DNA of 64,000 nucleotides. It comes from Candidatus Micrarchaeota archaeon (lineage in GTDB: Archaea > B1Sed10-29 > JAJRYS01). Positions 9,784 to 18,387 of this stretch are shown here, piece after piece. The first letter of the stretch is position 1; each line of letters begins with the position of its first letter. The stretch spans positions 10,462-74,461 of the forward strand of contig CAZXTN010000003.1 in assembly GCA_964643685.1 (NCBI GenBank). Direction: 5' to 3'. Under the pieces are notes generated by a model that worked only from the letters and a program-made list of their open reading frames with translations, did no database searches and had not been told where the DNA came from. The translations under genes and the position numbers were made by a program.

Positions 9784-12264
9784 ATGCCCAACTTTAAAGG
9801 ACTAACCACAAAACAAGCCAAACAGCTTCAGGAAAAATACGGGAAAAACGAGATACAAGAAGGCAAGAAAAAAAGCAAGTTGCAATTGCTTCTTGAACAA
9901 TTCACTTCCCCAATCATCCTTCTTTTAATCCTCGCTGCAATTGTCTCACTTTTCGTCAACCACCAGCAGCATCAAAACTACTTCGATTCAATACTAATAC
10001 TAATAATAGTCCTAGCTTCTGGAATAGCAGGCTTCATACAAGACTACAAAGCAGAAGAAGCAGTGGAAGCACTTAAAAAACTATCAACGCCAACAGCCAA
10101 AGTAATTAGAAACGGAAAAGAAATTGTAATAAGTTCAAGTGAACTTGTACCAGGGGACATTATCCTGCTTGAAGGAGGAGACGTTGTCCCAGCTGACGCT
10201 GTCATCCTAGAAGGAGAACTTGAAGTCGACGAATCCGTGCTTACAGGCGAAAGCGGTTCAGTGAAAAAAACAAAAAACCAAAACATTTTCTCAAACTCAA
10301 ACATCTACGTAGGCAGAGCAGTAGCTCAAGTCAAAGCAATTGGAATGCAGACAAAAGTCGGCAGAATAGCAGCTAAAATGCAGGAAATACAGCAAGAAAA
10401 CACTCCATTCCAAAGCCATATGAATTCATTCACTAAAAAAATAGTCGCATTTACAATCATTGTAATAATCCTAACTTTCCTAGCAAGCTACGGAAAATTC
10501 GGAGTAATGGAAGCATTCATGATAGCAGTTTCCCTAGCAGTCGCAGCCATACCAGAAGACCTGCCAGCAGTCATAACAATAGCAGTTTCCCTCGGCGCCA
10601 AACAAATGGCAAAAAAGAAAGCACTAATCAGAAGACTAGCTACAGCAGAGTCAATCGGCACAATAGAAGTAATCTGCACAGACAAAACAGGCACACTTAC
10701 CTTGGGAAAAATGAAACTAGAAAAATACTGGTACCCAAACAAAGCAAACAATGAAGAACTATCCCTCCAATGCTCCTACTACTGCAACGACGCTGAAAAA
10801 ATAATCAAAAACGGAAAACCGCAATGGGTAGGAGACGAAACAGACATAGCCCTCAAAGAACATTCATTCAACAAAATAAAAGAGATAGGAAAAAGAATAC
10901 ACACAATCCCCTTCAGTTCAAAAAGAGAGATGATGACAGTAACCCAGGAACTAAAAAAAGGAATATTCACTTACTCAAAAGGAGCACCTGAAGTCATTCT
11001 CGAAAAATGCACGAAAGTAAAAACAAGCAAAGGAGAAACAAAACTAACTCAAAAAATGAAACAAGAGATACTTGGAAAAAATGAAGAATTTGCCTCGCAA
11101 GGATACCGCGTACTAGCACTAGCATACAAAAAAGGAAGCAAAAAACCAGAACAAGAACTTACATTCATCGGACTAAGCGTGCTGATAGACCCCCCTCACC
11201 CAGAAGCAGCAACAGCAGTAAAAGAATGCCAAGAAGCAGGCATAAGAGTAATCATGATCACAGGAGACAACCCTAAAACAGCTGAAAGCATAGCAAAAAA
11301 AGTCGGAATAAAAACAAAACAAGTGGTTATAGGAAAAGAAATTGATGAAATGACTGACGAAGAACTCGGCATAAAACTAAACCAAGGAGTAAATGTATTT
11401 GCACGCACTGACCCTTTCCACAAGCTTAGAATACTCCAAGAACTGCAAAGACAAGGCAAAGTCGTGGCAATGACAGGAGACGGAGTAAACGACTCCCTTG
11501 CCTTGAAAAAAGCAGACGTCGGCATAGCAATGGGCTTAAGAGGAACAGAAGTAGCTAAAGAAGCCAGCGACATAATACTACTAGACGACAACTTCACTAC
11601 AATCAGAGACTCCATCAAAGAAGGCAGAAGAATCTTCGACAACATCAGAAAATTCGTCGACTACCTCTTAACATGCAACACAGCAGAAGTAGCAGTAGTG
11701 CTACTCTCATCACTCTTCCTTCCTTTCATAAGCCTATTCCCAGTGCAAATCCTATGGATAAACCTAATCACAGACGGCTTGCCTGCGCTCGCATTATCAG
11801 TAGACCCAGCCAGGCCAGATATAATGAAAAGAAAACCAAGAAAAAAAACAGAAGGAATCATAAACAAAAAACTAGCTTTCCTAATAGGAGGAATAGGAAT
11901 TAAAAAATCACTTGTAATAATAGCAACTTTCCTAGCAGTGCTTCCATTCGGAATAGACAAAGCAAGAACAGCTTTATTCACTTCATTCATAATGTACGAA
12001 TTCGTAAGAATAGCAGTAATAAGATACAACGAGAAACTAGAGTCAATAAAAGAATGGGTAGCAAACAAGTACCTCACATACTCATTAATAAGCTCGCTTG
12101 CGCTTCAAATAGGAATAATATACACTCCAATAGGAAAATACTTCAAAGTAGTCCCGCTTGGAATACAAGAATGGGCAATCATACTAACAGGAACAATAAT
12201 AGGCTTCATACTAGGGATACTCATAGCTGAAATAATAGACAAAAAAATAAAACAAGAATATTAA
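9784..12264 (+). CDS. P-type ATPase, cation-transporting (type II, Ca2+/SERCA-like)
   Basis: 826 aa; CTDKTGTLT phosphorylation motif, TGDNP, MTGDGVNDSLALKKADVGIAMG hinge motif, 8-10 TM helices. Confidence 0.9.
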   Translation: MPNFKGLTTKQAKQLQEKYGKNEIQEGKKKSKLQLLLEQFTSPIILLLILAAIVSLFVNHQQHQNYFDSILILIIVLASGIAGFIQDYKAEEAVEALKKLSTPTAKVIRNGKEIVISSSELVPGDIILLEGGDVVPADAVILEGELEVDESVLTGESGSVKKTKNQNIFSNSNIYVGRAVAQVKAIGMQTKVGRIAAKMQEIQQENTPFQSHMNSFTKKIVAFTIIVIILTFLASYGKFGVMEAFMIAVSLAVAAIPEDLPAVITIAVSLGAKQMAKKKALIRRLATAESIGTIEVICTDKTGTLTLGKMKLEKYWYPNKANNEELSLQCSYYCNDAEKIIKNGKPQWVGDETDIALKEHSFNKIKEIGKRIHTIPFSSKREMMTVTQELKKGIFTYSKGAPEVILEKCTKVKTSKGETKLTQKMKQEILGKNEEFASQGYRVLALAYKKGSKKPEQELTFIGLSVLIDPPHPEAATAVKECQEAGIRVIMITGDNPKTAESIAKKVGIKTKQVVIGKEIDEMTDEELGIKLNQGVNVFARTDPFHKLRILQELQRQGKVVAMTGDGVNDSLALKKADVGIAMGLRGTEVAKEASDIILLDDNFTTIRDSIKEGRRIFDNIRKFVDYLLTCNTAEVAVVLLSSLFLPFISLFPVQILWINLITDGLPALALSVDPARPDIMKRKPRKKTEGIINKKLAFLIGGIGIKKSLVIIATFLAVLPFGIDKARTALFTSFIMYEFVRIAVIRYNEKLESIKEWVANKYLTYSLISSLALQIGIIYTPIGKYFKVVPLGIQEWAIILTGTIIGFILGILIAEIIDKKIKQEY

Positions 12265-12333
12265 AAACAAAAAAAAACAAAATAAAAAAATAGAAAAAAG
12301 CAAGTTTTTCTCTTAAAAAGGGGGTTTTAAAAA

Positions 12334-12546
12334 ATGAAAAAACTCGGAAGAATAATCTCAAAAGAAAAAAAACACGTTGTTCTAAAAACAGACAAACTAG
12401 TTAAACTAGGAGCAAAAATCTTTGACGAAAAAGGCATACTCATAGGACACGTAACAGACTACTTCGGACCAGTAGACGGGCCATACCTACTAATAAAACC
12501 AACAAAAGACGCTGAACACTTAATAGGCAAAGAAGTATACGGCTAA
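12334..12546 (+). CDS. gar1: H/ACA ribonucleoprotein component Gar1
   Basis: 70 aa; LGRIISKEKKHVVLKTD...GHVTDYFGPVDGPYLLIKP matches archaeal Gar1 (VKDVFGPVKMPYVAIKP). GGGGG RBS upstream. Confidence 0.75.
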   Translation: MKKLGRIISKEKKHVVLKTDKLVKLGAKIFDEKGILIGHVTDYFGPVDGPYLLIKPTKDAEHLIGKEVYG

Positions 12547-12554
12547 AAAAGCAA

Positions 12555-12639
12555 GCAGGGGTGCCGGAGCCTGGACAACGGGCAGGGTTGAGGGCCCTGT
12601 GACTTAGTGTCCACGCGAGTTCAAATCTCGTCCCCTGCA
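12555..12639 (+). tRNA. tRNA-Leu (anticodon GAG), class II with long variable arm
   Basis: Hand fold: acceptor GCAGGGG/CCCCTGC; anticodon stem CAGGG/CCCTG with loop TTGAGGG (anticodon GAG); 15-nt variable arm; T arm GCGAG-TTCAAAT-CTCGT. 85 nt, CCA not encoded. A GC island in AT-rich DNA. Confidence 0.85.
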
Positions 12640-12851
12640 TCCCAACGGCCGTCCGTTGGATCGACAGGCCATCTTTCGGCTTCGCCTTCGATGACCTCTA
12701 AAAAAAAGAGGGCTCTCATTTTCTTTTTTAAAAAACATAAAGAAGAAGTTATCGAGCAAAGCGAAGATAACTTTAATTTTTCGTCACTTGTCAAAGAGAG
12801 GCTTTTAAAAGCAAAACCCTGCTTAGTAAAAAAACAGAGGTGAGTTAAAAA

Positions 12852-13097
12852 ATGAAACTCAATGAAAAAAACTTTGCAATAGCATCAGGATTAACCTGGG
12901 GACTGTGGTTGTTTGTCCTGACAATAATTTCAACAGCAACAGGCTATGCAGCAGCAATTTTAGCTCCACTAAGTTCAATATACATAGGATACACAGTAAG
13001 CTATGTTGGAAGCATAATAGGGCTAATCTGGGGATTCATAGACGCAGGAATAGGAATGTACATCCTTGCTTGGATTTACAACAAGCTAGGAGAATAA
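12852..13097 (+). CDS. Small hydrophobic membrane protein, hypothetical
   Basis: 81 aa, two or three TM helices, AGGTGA RBS. Confidence 0.45.
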   Translation: MKLNEKNFAIASGLTWGLWLFVLTIISTATGYAAAILAPLSSIYIGYTVSYVGSIIGLIWGFIDAGIGMYILAWIYNKLGE

Positions 13098-13101
13098 AAG
13101 A

Positions 13102-13162
13102 CAAGCAATAAAAGCGTCCTTTAAGCTTTGATTCAAAAAAAGGACGCGTTATTGCTTTTTTC
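13102..13162. terminator. Long imperfect hairpin followed by T6/A8 (bidirectional terminator-like)
   Basis: CAAGCAATAAAAGCGTCCTTT pairs with AAAGGACGCGTTATTGCTT across a 17-nt loop, then TTTTTTCAAAAAAAA. Lies 5 nt after the stop at 13097. Confidence 0.45.
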
Positions 13163-13330
13163 AAAAAAAAATTAATTCAAAAACAAGCTTAACCAAAAAG
13201 TTTAAATACTACTTTTATTAGAAGTATATAAAACTTACTATTTTTTTGTTTTTTAGTGAAAATAGTGAGTTTAAAAAAAAATTAAATGAAATTGCTAATT
13301 CTTTTTTAAAAAAAATTAAAAGGTGTGTAA

Positions 13331-14389
13331 ATGGTTGTTAAAAAAAAGCAAGTTAAGAAGAAAACAGTCGCTAAGAAATCAGTTAAAAAACATGTAAAAA
13401 AAACAACAAAAGCAGCAAAAAAGACATTAAAAAAAGAAGAACCAGTTGAAGTTAAAAAAACAGAAGCCACTAACCAGAATCATCATCAAATAGTATGCCC
13501 TGAATGCGGAAGCACTGACATTACAAAGGATTATGCAAGAGCAGAATTAGTATGCAACAAATGCGGGCTTGTTTTAGAAGAAGATATTATTGATACTGGA
13601 CAGGAATGGAGGGCTTTTGACAGCGAACAGAGGGCTTCAAGAGCAAGAACAGGAGCTCCAATCAAATTCACTAAGCCAAACAAAGGGCTTTCAACTGAAA
13701 TAGACCAATACAACAGGGACATAAGAGGAGTTAAAATTTCAGCTAAGTCAAAAGCGCAGATGACTAGATTAAGAAAATGGCACAAGAGAACCTCCATTTC
13801 ATCTTCAATGGAAAGAAACCTTGCAATTGCCTTAAGCGAATTAGAGAGAATCTGCTCTTCTCTTTCGCTTCCTTCAAACATAAGAGAAGCATCTGCCTTA
13901 CTTTATAGAAAAGCAGTTGAAAAAGGACTTATCAGAGGCAGGTTGATTGAATCAGTAGTAGCTGCTGTAATTTACACTATCTGCAGGCAATATGGAATTC
14001 CAAGAACACTTGATGAAATCTCAGCAGTGTCAGGAATCAACAAGAAAGAAATTGGAAGAACTTACAGGTTCTTAAAAAAAGACTTAGGAATTAACATGCC
14101 TTTAACCAACCCAGTTCATTACATTCCAAGATTTGCTTCTGAACTAGGTTTAAGCGGTGAAGTTCAGGAAAAAGCAAGAGAAATACTGGAACAGGCAATT
14201 GACTCTGGATTGATTTCAGGAAGAGGACCAACAGGAGTAGCAGCAGCAGCTGTTTACATAGCAGGAGTCCTGATGGGCGAGAGGAAAACACAGAAAGAAG
14301 TAGCTGACGTAGCTGGAGTAACTGAAGTCACCATTAGGAACAGGTACAGGGAATTGAAAGAAAAATTAGGATTAGACGTGCCTGCTTAA
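13331..14389 (+). CDS. tfb: Transcription initiation factor IIB (TFB) with ~55-aa lysine-rich N-terminal extension
   Basis: CPECGS...CNKCG zinc ribbon, B-linker and two cyclin-fold repeats. ATG at 13331 has an AGGTGTG RBS, so the lysine-rich extension (MVVKKKQVKKKTVAKKSVKKHVKKTTKAAKKTLKK) appears to be translated. Confidence 0.9.
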   Translation: MVVKKKQVKKKTVAKKSVKKHVKKTTKAAKKTLKKEEPVEVKKTEATNQNHHQIVCPECGSTDITKDYARAELVCNKCGLVLEEDIIDTGQEWRAFDSEQRASRARTGAPIKFTKPNKGLSTEIDQYNRDIRGVKISAKSKAQMTRLRKWHKRTSISSSMERNLAIALSELERICSSLSLPSNIREASALLYRKAVEKGLIRGRLIESVVAAVIYTICRQYGIPRTLDEISAVSGINKKEIGRTYRFLKKDLGINMPLTNPVHYIPRFASELGLSGEVQEKAREILEQAIDSGLISGRGPTGVAAAAVYIAGVLMGERKTQKEVADVAGVTEVTIRNRYRELKEKLGLDVPA

Positions 14390-14495
14390 AAATTTAAATA
14401 AATTATGAGAAAAAAGTTCTTTTTTTCTCTTCTTTTTCTTTTCTTTGAAAAAACCTTTTATTTTTTATACTGAAACTTCTTTTTTTAAAACTAGT

Positions 14496-15788
14496 ATGGA
14501 AGCAAAAAAAGCTCAAGGAAGCTTAGAATACTTGATAATAATAGCTGCTGTGCTTGCAATAGCAGCAATAGTTATTTTATTTGTTACAGGAAGCTTCGGA
14601 GCAAGCAAGTCAAGCGCTGACGTTTCAAAATGCAAAATAGCTGCTGCTAAATGCAGCAATGAAAAAGCAACAAGCCAAGGAGCTCCATGCGATTACTGTG
14701 AAAGAGACTGTCCTGAACCGTTATGGGATGAATGCAAAGCAGGTGAACCTGATAAGATTATAGGAGTTGAATGTGAAAAAACAAGCGACTGCAAGCAAAA
14801 AGAATGCAATACAGTTACCTGCACTGAAGAAGGTTACTGTGAATACGAACCAGTTGATGAGGGAATAGAATGCGGTGGAACAGGAGAATGCAAGTCAGGG
14901 GCATGTGTTTTTGAACCGAAAATTGAAAGTTTGTCTTTTCATTCAACTTCTAATCCTATAAATATTTTTGTAAAAGACAACTTGGCTTACGTGGCTGATG
15001 GTAGGTTTGGCTGGAAGATTTTCAATGTAACTGACAAGCTAGATACCCCAAAACTTTTGTATATCCACAGCAATAATAATAAATTTGTTAGGAAGGTGTT
15101 TGTTGATAACAATAAGGGGTATGTTGCAGCAGCAGAAGAAGGGTGGAAAGTTTTTAATGCAAGCAAACAAGATGAAATTTATTCAAATGAAATAGCAAAT
15201 AACGGCGTTGTTTATGATGTTTTTGCTGACAATGATTACTCCTATGTAATAGCAAATAACAACTTATCTATCTTTAGAATGGATAAGATTCAAAAACCAG
15301 AATTAATAGGCTCTCTTGGAAACTCTTTTTCAGATCCTTCTTTGTTTGTAAAAGGAAATTTTATTTACGTAACATCAGGCAATTATTTAAAAATTATTAA
15401 TGCAACTGATAAGAGCAATTTGAAAATAATCTCTTCAGTTTATTTAAAATACTCAAGAGAAGTTTTTGTACAAGATGACTATGCTTACATTGCTAATGAT
15501 AAAAATTTATCAATTGTCAGAATAACAGATAAAACAAATCCAGTTTTAATAAAATCAATTCAGCTTAATGGATACAAGGCTCAGGGAGTATTTGTATCTG
15601 GGCAATATGTTTATATCTCCGATGATAATGGAGGAGTAAAAGTGATTAACATCGAAGACAAAAATAATCCAAAACAGATAACAGAATGGAGCATAAGCAG
15701 CGTCTTGCATAGTTTTGTAAAATACCCTTATATTTATTCAATATCAGCAACTAAAGGCCTTCATGTTGGTAAAATTGAAAACTTTTAA
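14496..15788 (+). CDS. Pilin-like (class III signal peptide) surface protein with Cys-rich region and LVIVD-repeat beta-propeller
   Basis: MEAKKAQGSLEYLIIIAAVLAIAAIVILF matches an archaeal type IV pilin-like prepilin signal (QGS/LEYL). It is followed by 14 Cys in about 90 aa, then repeated YV.DG..G.KIFNVTDK.-type units resembling LVIVD repeats. Start chosen at the internal M (14496); the ORF track starts at 14445. Confidence 0.6.
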   Translation: MEAKKAQGSLEYLIIIAAVLAIAAIVILFVTGSFGASKSSADVSKCKIAAAKCSNEKATSQGAPCDYCERDCPEPLWDECKAGEPDKIIGVECEKTSDCKQKECNTVTCTEEGYCEYEPVDEGIECGGTGECKSGACVFEPKIESLSFHSTSNPINIFVKDNLAYVADGRFGWKIFNVTDKLDTPKLLYIHSNNNKFVRKVFVDNNKGYVAAAEEGWKVFNASKQDEIYSNEIANNGVVYDVFADNDYSYVIANNNLSIFRMDKIQKPELIGSLGNSFSDPSLFVKGNFIYVTSGNYLKIINATDKSNLKIISSVYLKYSREVFVQDDYAYIANDKNLSIVRITDKTNPVLIKSIQLNGYKAQGVFVSGQYVYISDDNGGVKVINIEDKNNPKQITEWSISSVLHSFVKYPYIYSISATKGLHVGKIENF

Positions 15789-15847
15789 TTTTTGAAACCG
15801 CTTTTTTACAAATTATTAAAAAGGATTGTTTACTTAACTATTTTTTA

Positions 15848-16321
15848 ATGTTGTTTAAAGATGCTTTGAAAAAAAGCAGGGGAGTTGAAGAAGTTAGTGC
15901 TTTGAATGAAAGCAGTGACAAGGAATTGACTGCTGCAATGGCTATTTTAAAGCCAGGAGTTTATGAAGTGCATGAATGGATTTTCATGTATTATAATGGA
16001 AAAGAAAATAAAACAACGCAAGTAGTGGTTACTGAACAAGGCGTTGAAGTGAAGAACCCTGAACAGCCTTTAAAACCAAGCACTGTTGCTCTTGATTTAA
16101 GTAAAGTTAAAACAAATTCAGATAATATGATTAAAAAAGCAGTTGATGAATTTAAAAAATACAAGAAGCCGTTAAGCCAAGTGATTATTAATTTGACACA
16201 AGAAGAAAAGCCTGTTTGGAGGTTCAGTTTTATTACAAAAAGCTTGGAAGTAGTGACAATCAAAATCAATGCAGAAACAGGCGAAGTTTTAGATAAAAAG
16301 ATACAAGCGTTAACTAAATAA
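15848..16321 (+). CDS. Hypothetical protein
   Basis: 157-aa ORF, no recognised motif; possibly a PepSY-like fold. Confidence 0.35.
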   Translation: MLFKDALKKSRGVEEVSALNESSDKELTAAMAILKPGVYEVHEWIFMYYNGKENKTTQVVVTEQGVEVKNPEQPLKPSTVALDLSKVKTNSDNMIKKAVDEFKKYKKPLSQVIINLTQEEKPVWRFSFITKSLEVVTIKINAETGEVLDKKIQALTK

Positions 16322-16452
16322 AAGACAGCTAAGCGAAGCGCATGCTGTCTACAGGGGAATCAGAAACTCCCTAGAAATCAATCGCCTAAAGACTCAAACG
16401 TTTTTCCTTAACAGGAAAAACTGAGAGGGGCAGCCAGCCCCCTGCGTTTCGG
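16322..16452 (+). repeat. GC-rich structured element, copy A (fills the whole gap between convergent stop codons)
   Basis: Contains the 16-nt core CTAAGCGAAGCGCATG shared with copies at 33867..33882 (reverse complement) and 55929..55944. Hairpins GACAGC-[TAAGCGAAGCGCAT]-GCTGTC and GGGGC-AGCCA-GCCCC show compensatory changes relative to the other copies. Confidence 0.7.
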
Positions 16453-16839
16453 TTAGATTTTCTTGTCTTCTCCGAATTTTTCATCCAAGTCCCTTTTGAT
16501 TGAATTGCAGTCTGCAATAATCACGTCAAGGTGCTTAGTCATTCTGTCTTTTTCTTTTTCAATTTCTTTTGCTTTCCTGTATGGCTTTGAAGCTTCTTTG
16601 AACATCCTGTAGTCAAGCATTGCGTAAGGATACTCGTTCATTTTTTTGGTTACGTCATCTACTATTTCAGCAAGAAATTGATTCATTGCAATCTTTACTT
16701 CTTTTTTAATCATTTTGCCTGAATCAATGTGTTTTTTCATTTCCCTTACAATAGTTGCTGTTGGAAAAACCAAGTCAAGCTTGTCATCTTCAACTTCGTC
16801 TTCGACAACTTCGTCAATTTTTTCATCTAAATCAGCCAT
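16453..16839 (-). CDS. Histone-fold-like small acidic protein (putative)
   Basis: 128 aa; an acidic N-terminus, then a central helix-loop-helix region (FPTATIVREMKK...IAMNQFLAEIVDDVTKKM) reminiscent of a histone / NF-YB-like fold. Weak. Confidence 0.35.
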   Translation of the reverse strand: MADLDEKIDEVVEDEVEDDKLDLVFPTATIVREMKKHIDSGKMIKKEVKIAMNQFLAEIVDDVTKKMNEYPYAMLDYRMFKEASKPYRKAKEIEKEKDRMTKHLDVIIADCNSIKRDLDEKFGEDKKI

Positions 16840-16972
16840 TCAAATTCACTCCTCCAATTTAATGAAGCTGCTTAAAACTATGCAAGCAACTTTTTTTTAA
16901 GCAAAAATCAGCGCGCTTCCACGCTTACTATAATTTAAAACAATTGACGTATATAAACCTGATTGCTTTTGC

Positions 16973-18136
16973 TTATGCTGATTCCACTACTTTTTTCAAT
17001 TCCTCTGCTTTGTTTGTCTTCTCCCAAGTGAACTCAGGTTCTTCTCTTCCAAAATGCCCGTAAGCAGCTGTCTTCAAGTAAATCGGGCGAAGCAAGTCAA
17101 GTTCTTGAATTATTTCCTTTGGCTTGAGTTTGAAGACTTTTTTCACTGCTTCAACAAGCCTTTCATCGCTTGCTTTTCCAGTGCCGAAAGTATTAACATA
17201 AATGGACACTGGTTCAGCTACTCCGATTGCATAAGCTAACTGCACTTCGCATTTGTCAGCTAACCCGGAAGCAACAATGTTTTTCGCAATGTATCTTGCC
17301 ATGTATGAAGCGCTTCTGTCTACTTTTGAAGGGTCTTTTCCTGAAAAAGCGCCTCCGCCGTGGCTTCCTACCCCTCCGTAAGTGTCTACTATTATTTTTC
17401 TTCCAGTGACTCCAGTGTCTCCAGGTGGTCCTCCTATTACGAATTTTCCAGTTGGGTTAATGTAGTACTTTGTGTTTTCATCAATCCATTCTCCGCAAAC
17501 AGGCTTGATTAATTTTTCAATCAAAGTTTTTTCAATTTCATCATGTGAAACTTCAGGGTCATGCTGGGTTGAAACTACAATTGCTTCAACTCTTTTTGGC
17601 TTGCCTTCTTCATATTCTACAGTCACTTGTGCTTTGCCGTCTGGACGAAGCCATTTAATTTCGCCTGTTTTTCTCAGACGTGCAAGGCTGTAAGTTAGCT
17701 TGTGAGCTAAGTATATTGGAAGGGGCATTAGAACAGGTGTTTCGTTTGATGCATAGCCGAACATGAGCCCTTGGTCCCCTGCTCCTTGTTCTTCAAACAA
17801 GCCTTGGCCTTCACTTACTCCTTGTGAAATGTCAGGGCTTTGCTCGTGCAATGAAACCAGGACGCTGCAGTCATCTGCGTTAAAGCCGTATAATGGGTTG
17901 TCGTATCCTATTTTTTTCAAAACTTCTCTGACTGTTTTTTGAATGTCAACATGCGCTTCTGTAGTGACTTCTCCTGCCACTACGATTAAGCCGGTGGTTG
18001 TGAGTGTTTCAACTGCTACTCTTGAATTAATGTCTTTTTCAAGCAAAGCATCTAAAATAGCATCTGAAATTTGGTCGCATACTTTGTCAGGATGCCCTTC
18101 TGTAACAGATTCTGAAGTGAACAAGTAATTAGTCAC
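16973..18136 (-). CDS. metK: S-adenosylmethionine synthetase, bacterial/eukaryotic type (MetK)
   Basis: [32 protein letters not shown] is near-identical to E. coli MetK; [19 protein letters not shown] motif; 387 aa. Confidence 0.95.
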   Translation of the reverse strand: MTNYLFTSESVTEGHPDKVCDQISDAILDALLEKDINSRVAVETLTTTGLIVVAGEVTTEAHVDIQKTVREVLKKIGYDNPLYGFNADDCSVLVSLHEQSPDISQGVSEGQGLFEEQGAGDQGLMFGYASNETPVLMPLPIYLAHKLTYSLARLRKTGEIKWLRPDGKAQVTVEYEEGKPKRVEAIVVSTQHDPEVSHDEIEKTLIEKLIKPVCGEWIDENTKYYINPTGKFVIGGPPGDTGVTGRKIIVDTYGGVGSHGGGAFSGKDPSKVDRSASYMARYIAKNIVASGLADKCEVQLAYAIGVAEPVSIYVNTFGTGKASDERLVEAVKKVFKLKPKEIIQELDLLRPIYLKTAAYGHFGREEPEFTWEKTNKAEELKKVVESA

Positions 18137-18139
18137 TTT

Positions 18140-18379
18140 TCAGAACACCTCCTTTTCTATTTCGCAGTCATAACCTTCTTCTTTGACAATGTCTCTTATT
18201 CTCATTTCAAAAAAGTCAGTTTCCTTATGCTGCTTAAGGGTAACATAAACTCTTTTATTATCTTCGTTGATTTCAATGTTTTCAATTAAGCCTAGAGCGA
18301 CAACGCTGTTTCCTTCAATGTCTCTTATTTCTTGAAACTCGTTCATTAAGTAATCCTTGTTAAGCATGAAAAAAATCAC
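18140..18379 (-). CDS. Hypothetical small protein
   Basis: 79-aa ORF directly upstream of metK on the same strand. Confidence 0.35.
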   Translation of the reverse strand: MIFFMLNKDYLMNEFQEIRDIEGNSVVALGLIENIEINEDNKRVYVTLKQHKETDFFEMRIRDIVKEEGYDCEIEKEVF

Positions 18380-18387
18380 TTATTAAT

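Noticed and set aside
12607-12843. 78-aa ORF starting inside tRNA-Leu
   Set aside because: It overlaps the tRNA 3' half and the GC-rich trailer, and has no RBS logic. It is an artefact of the GC-rich stop-poor stretch.
16322-16452. GC-rich element as a split-tRNA half, C/D box sRNA or H/ACA sRNA (Gar1 is encoded nearby)
   Set aside because: There is no T-arm (TTCRANY loop), no acceptor complementarity, no RUGAUGA/CUGA box pair in the correct terminal positions, and no ACA trinucleotide 3 nt from a 3' end. The identity is left open.
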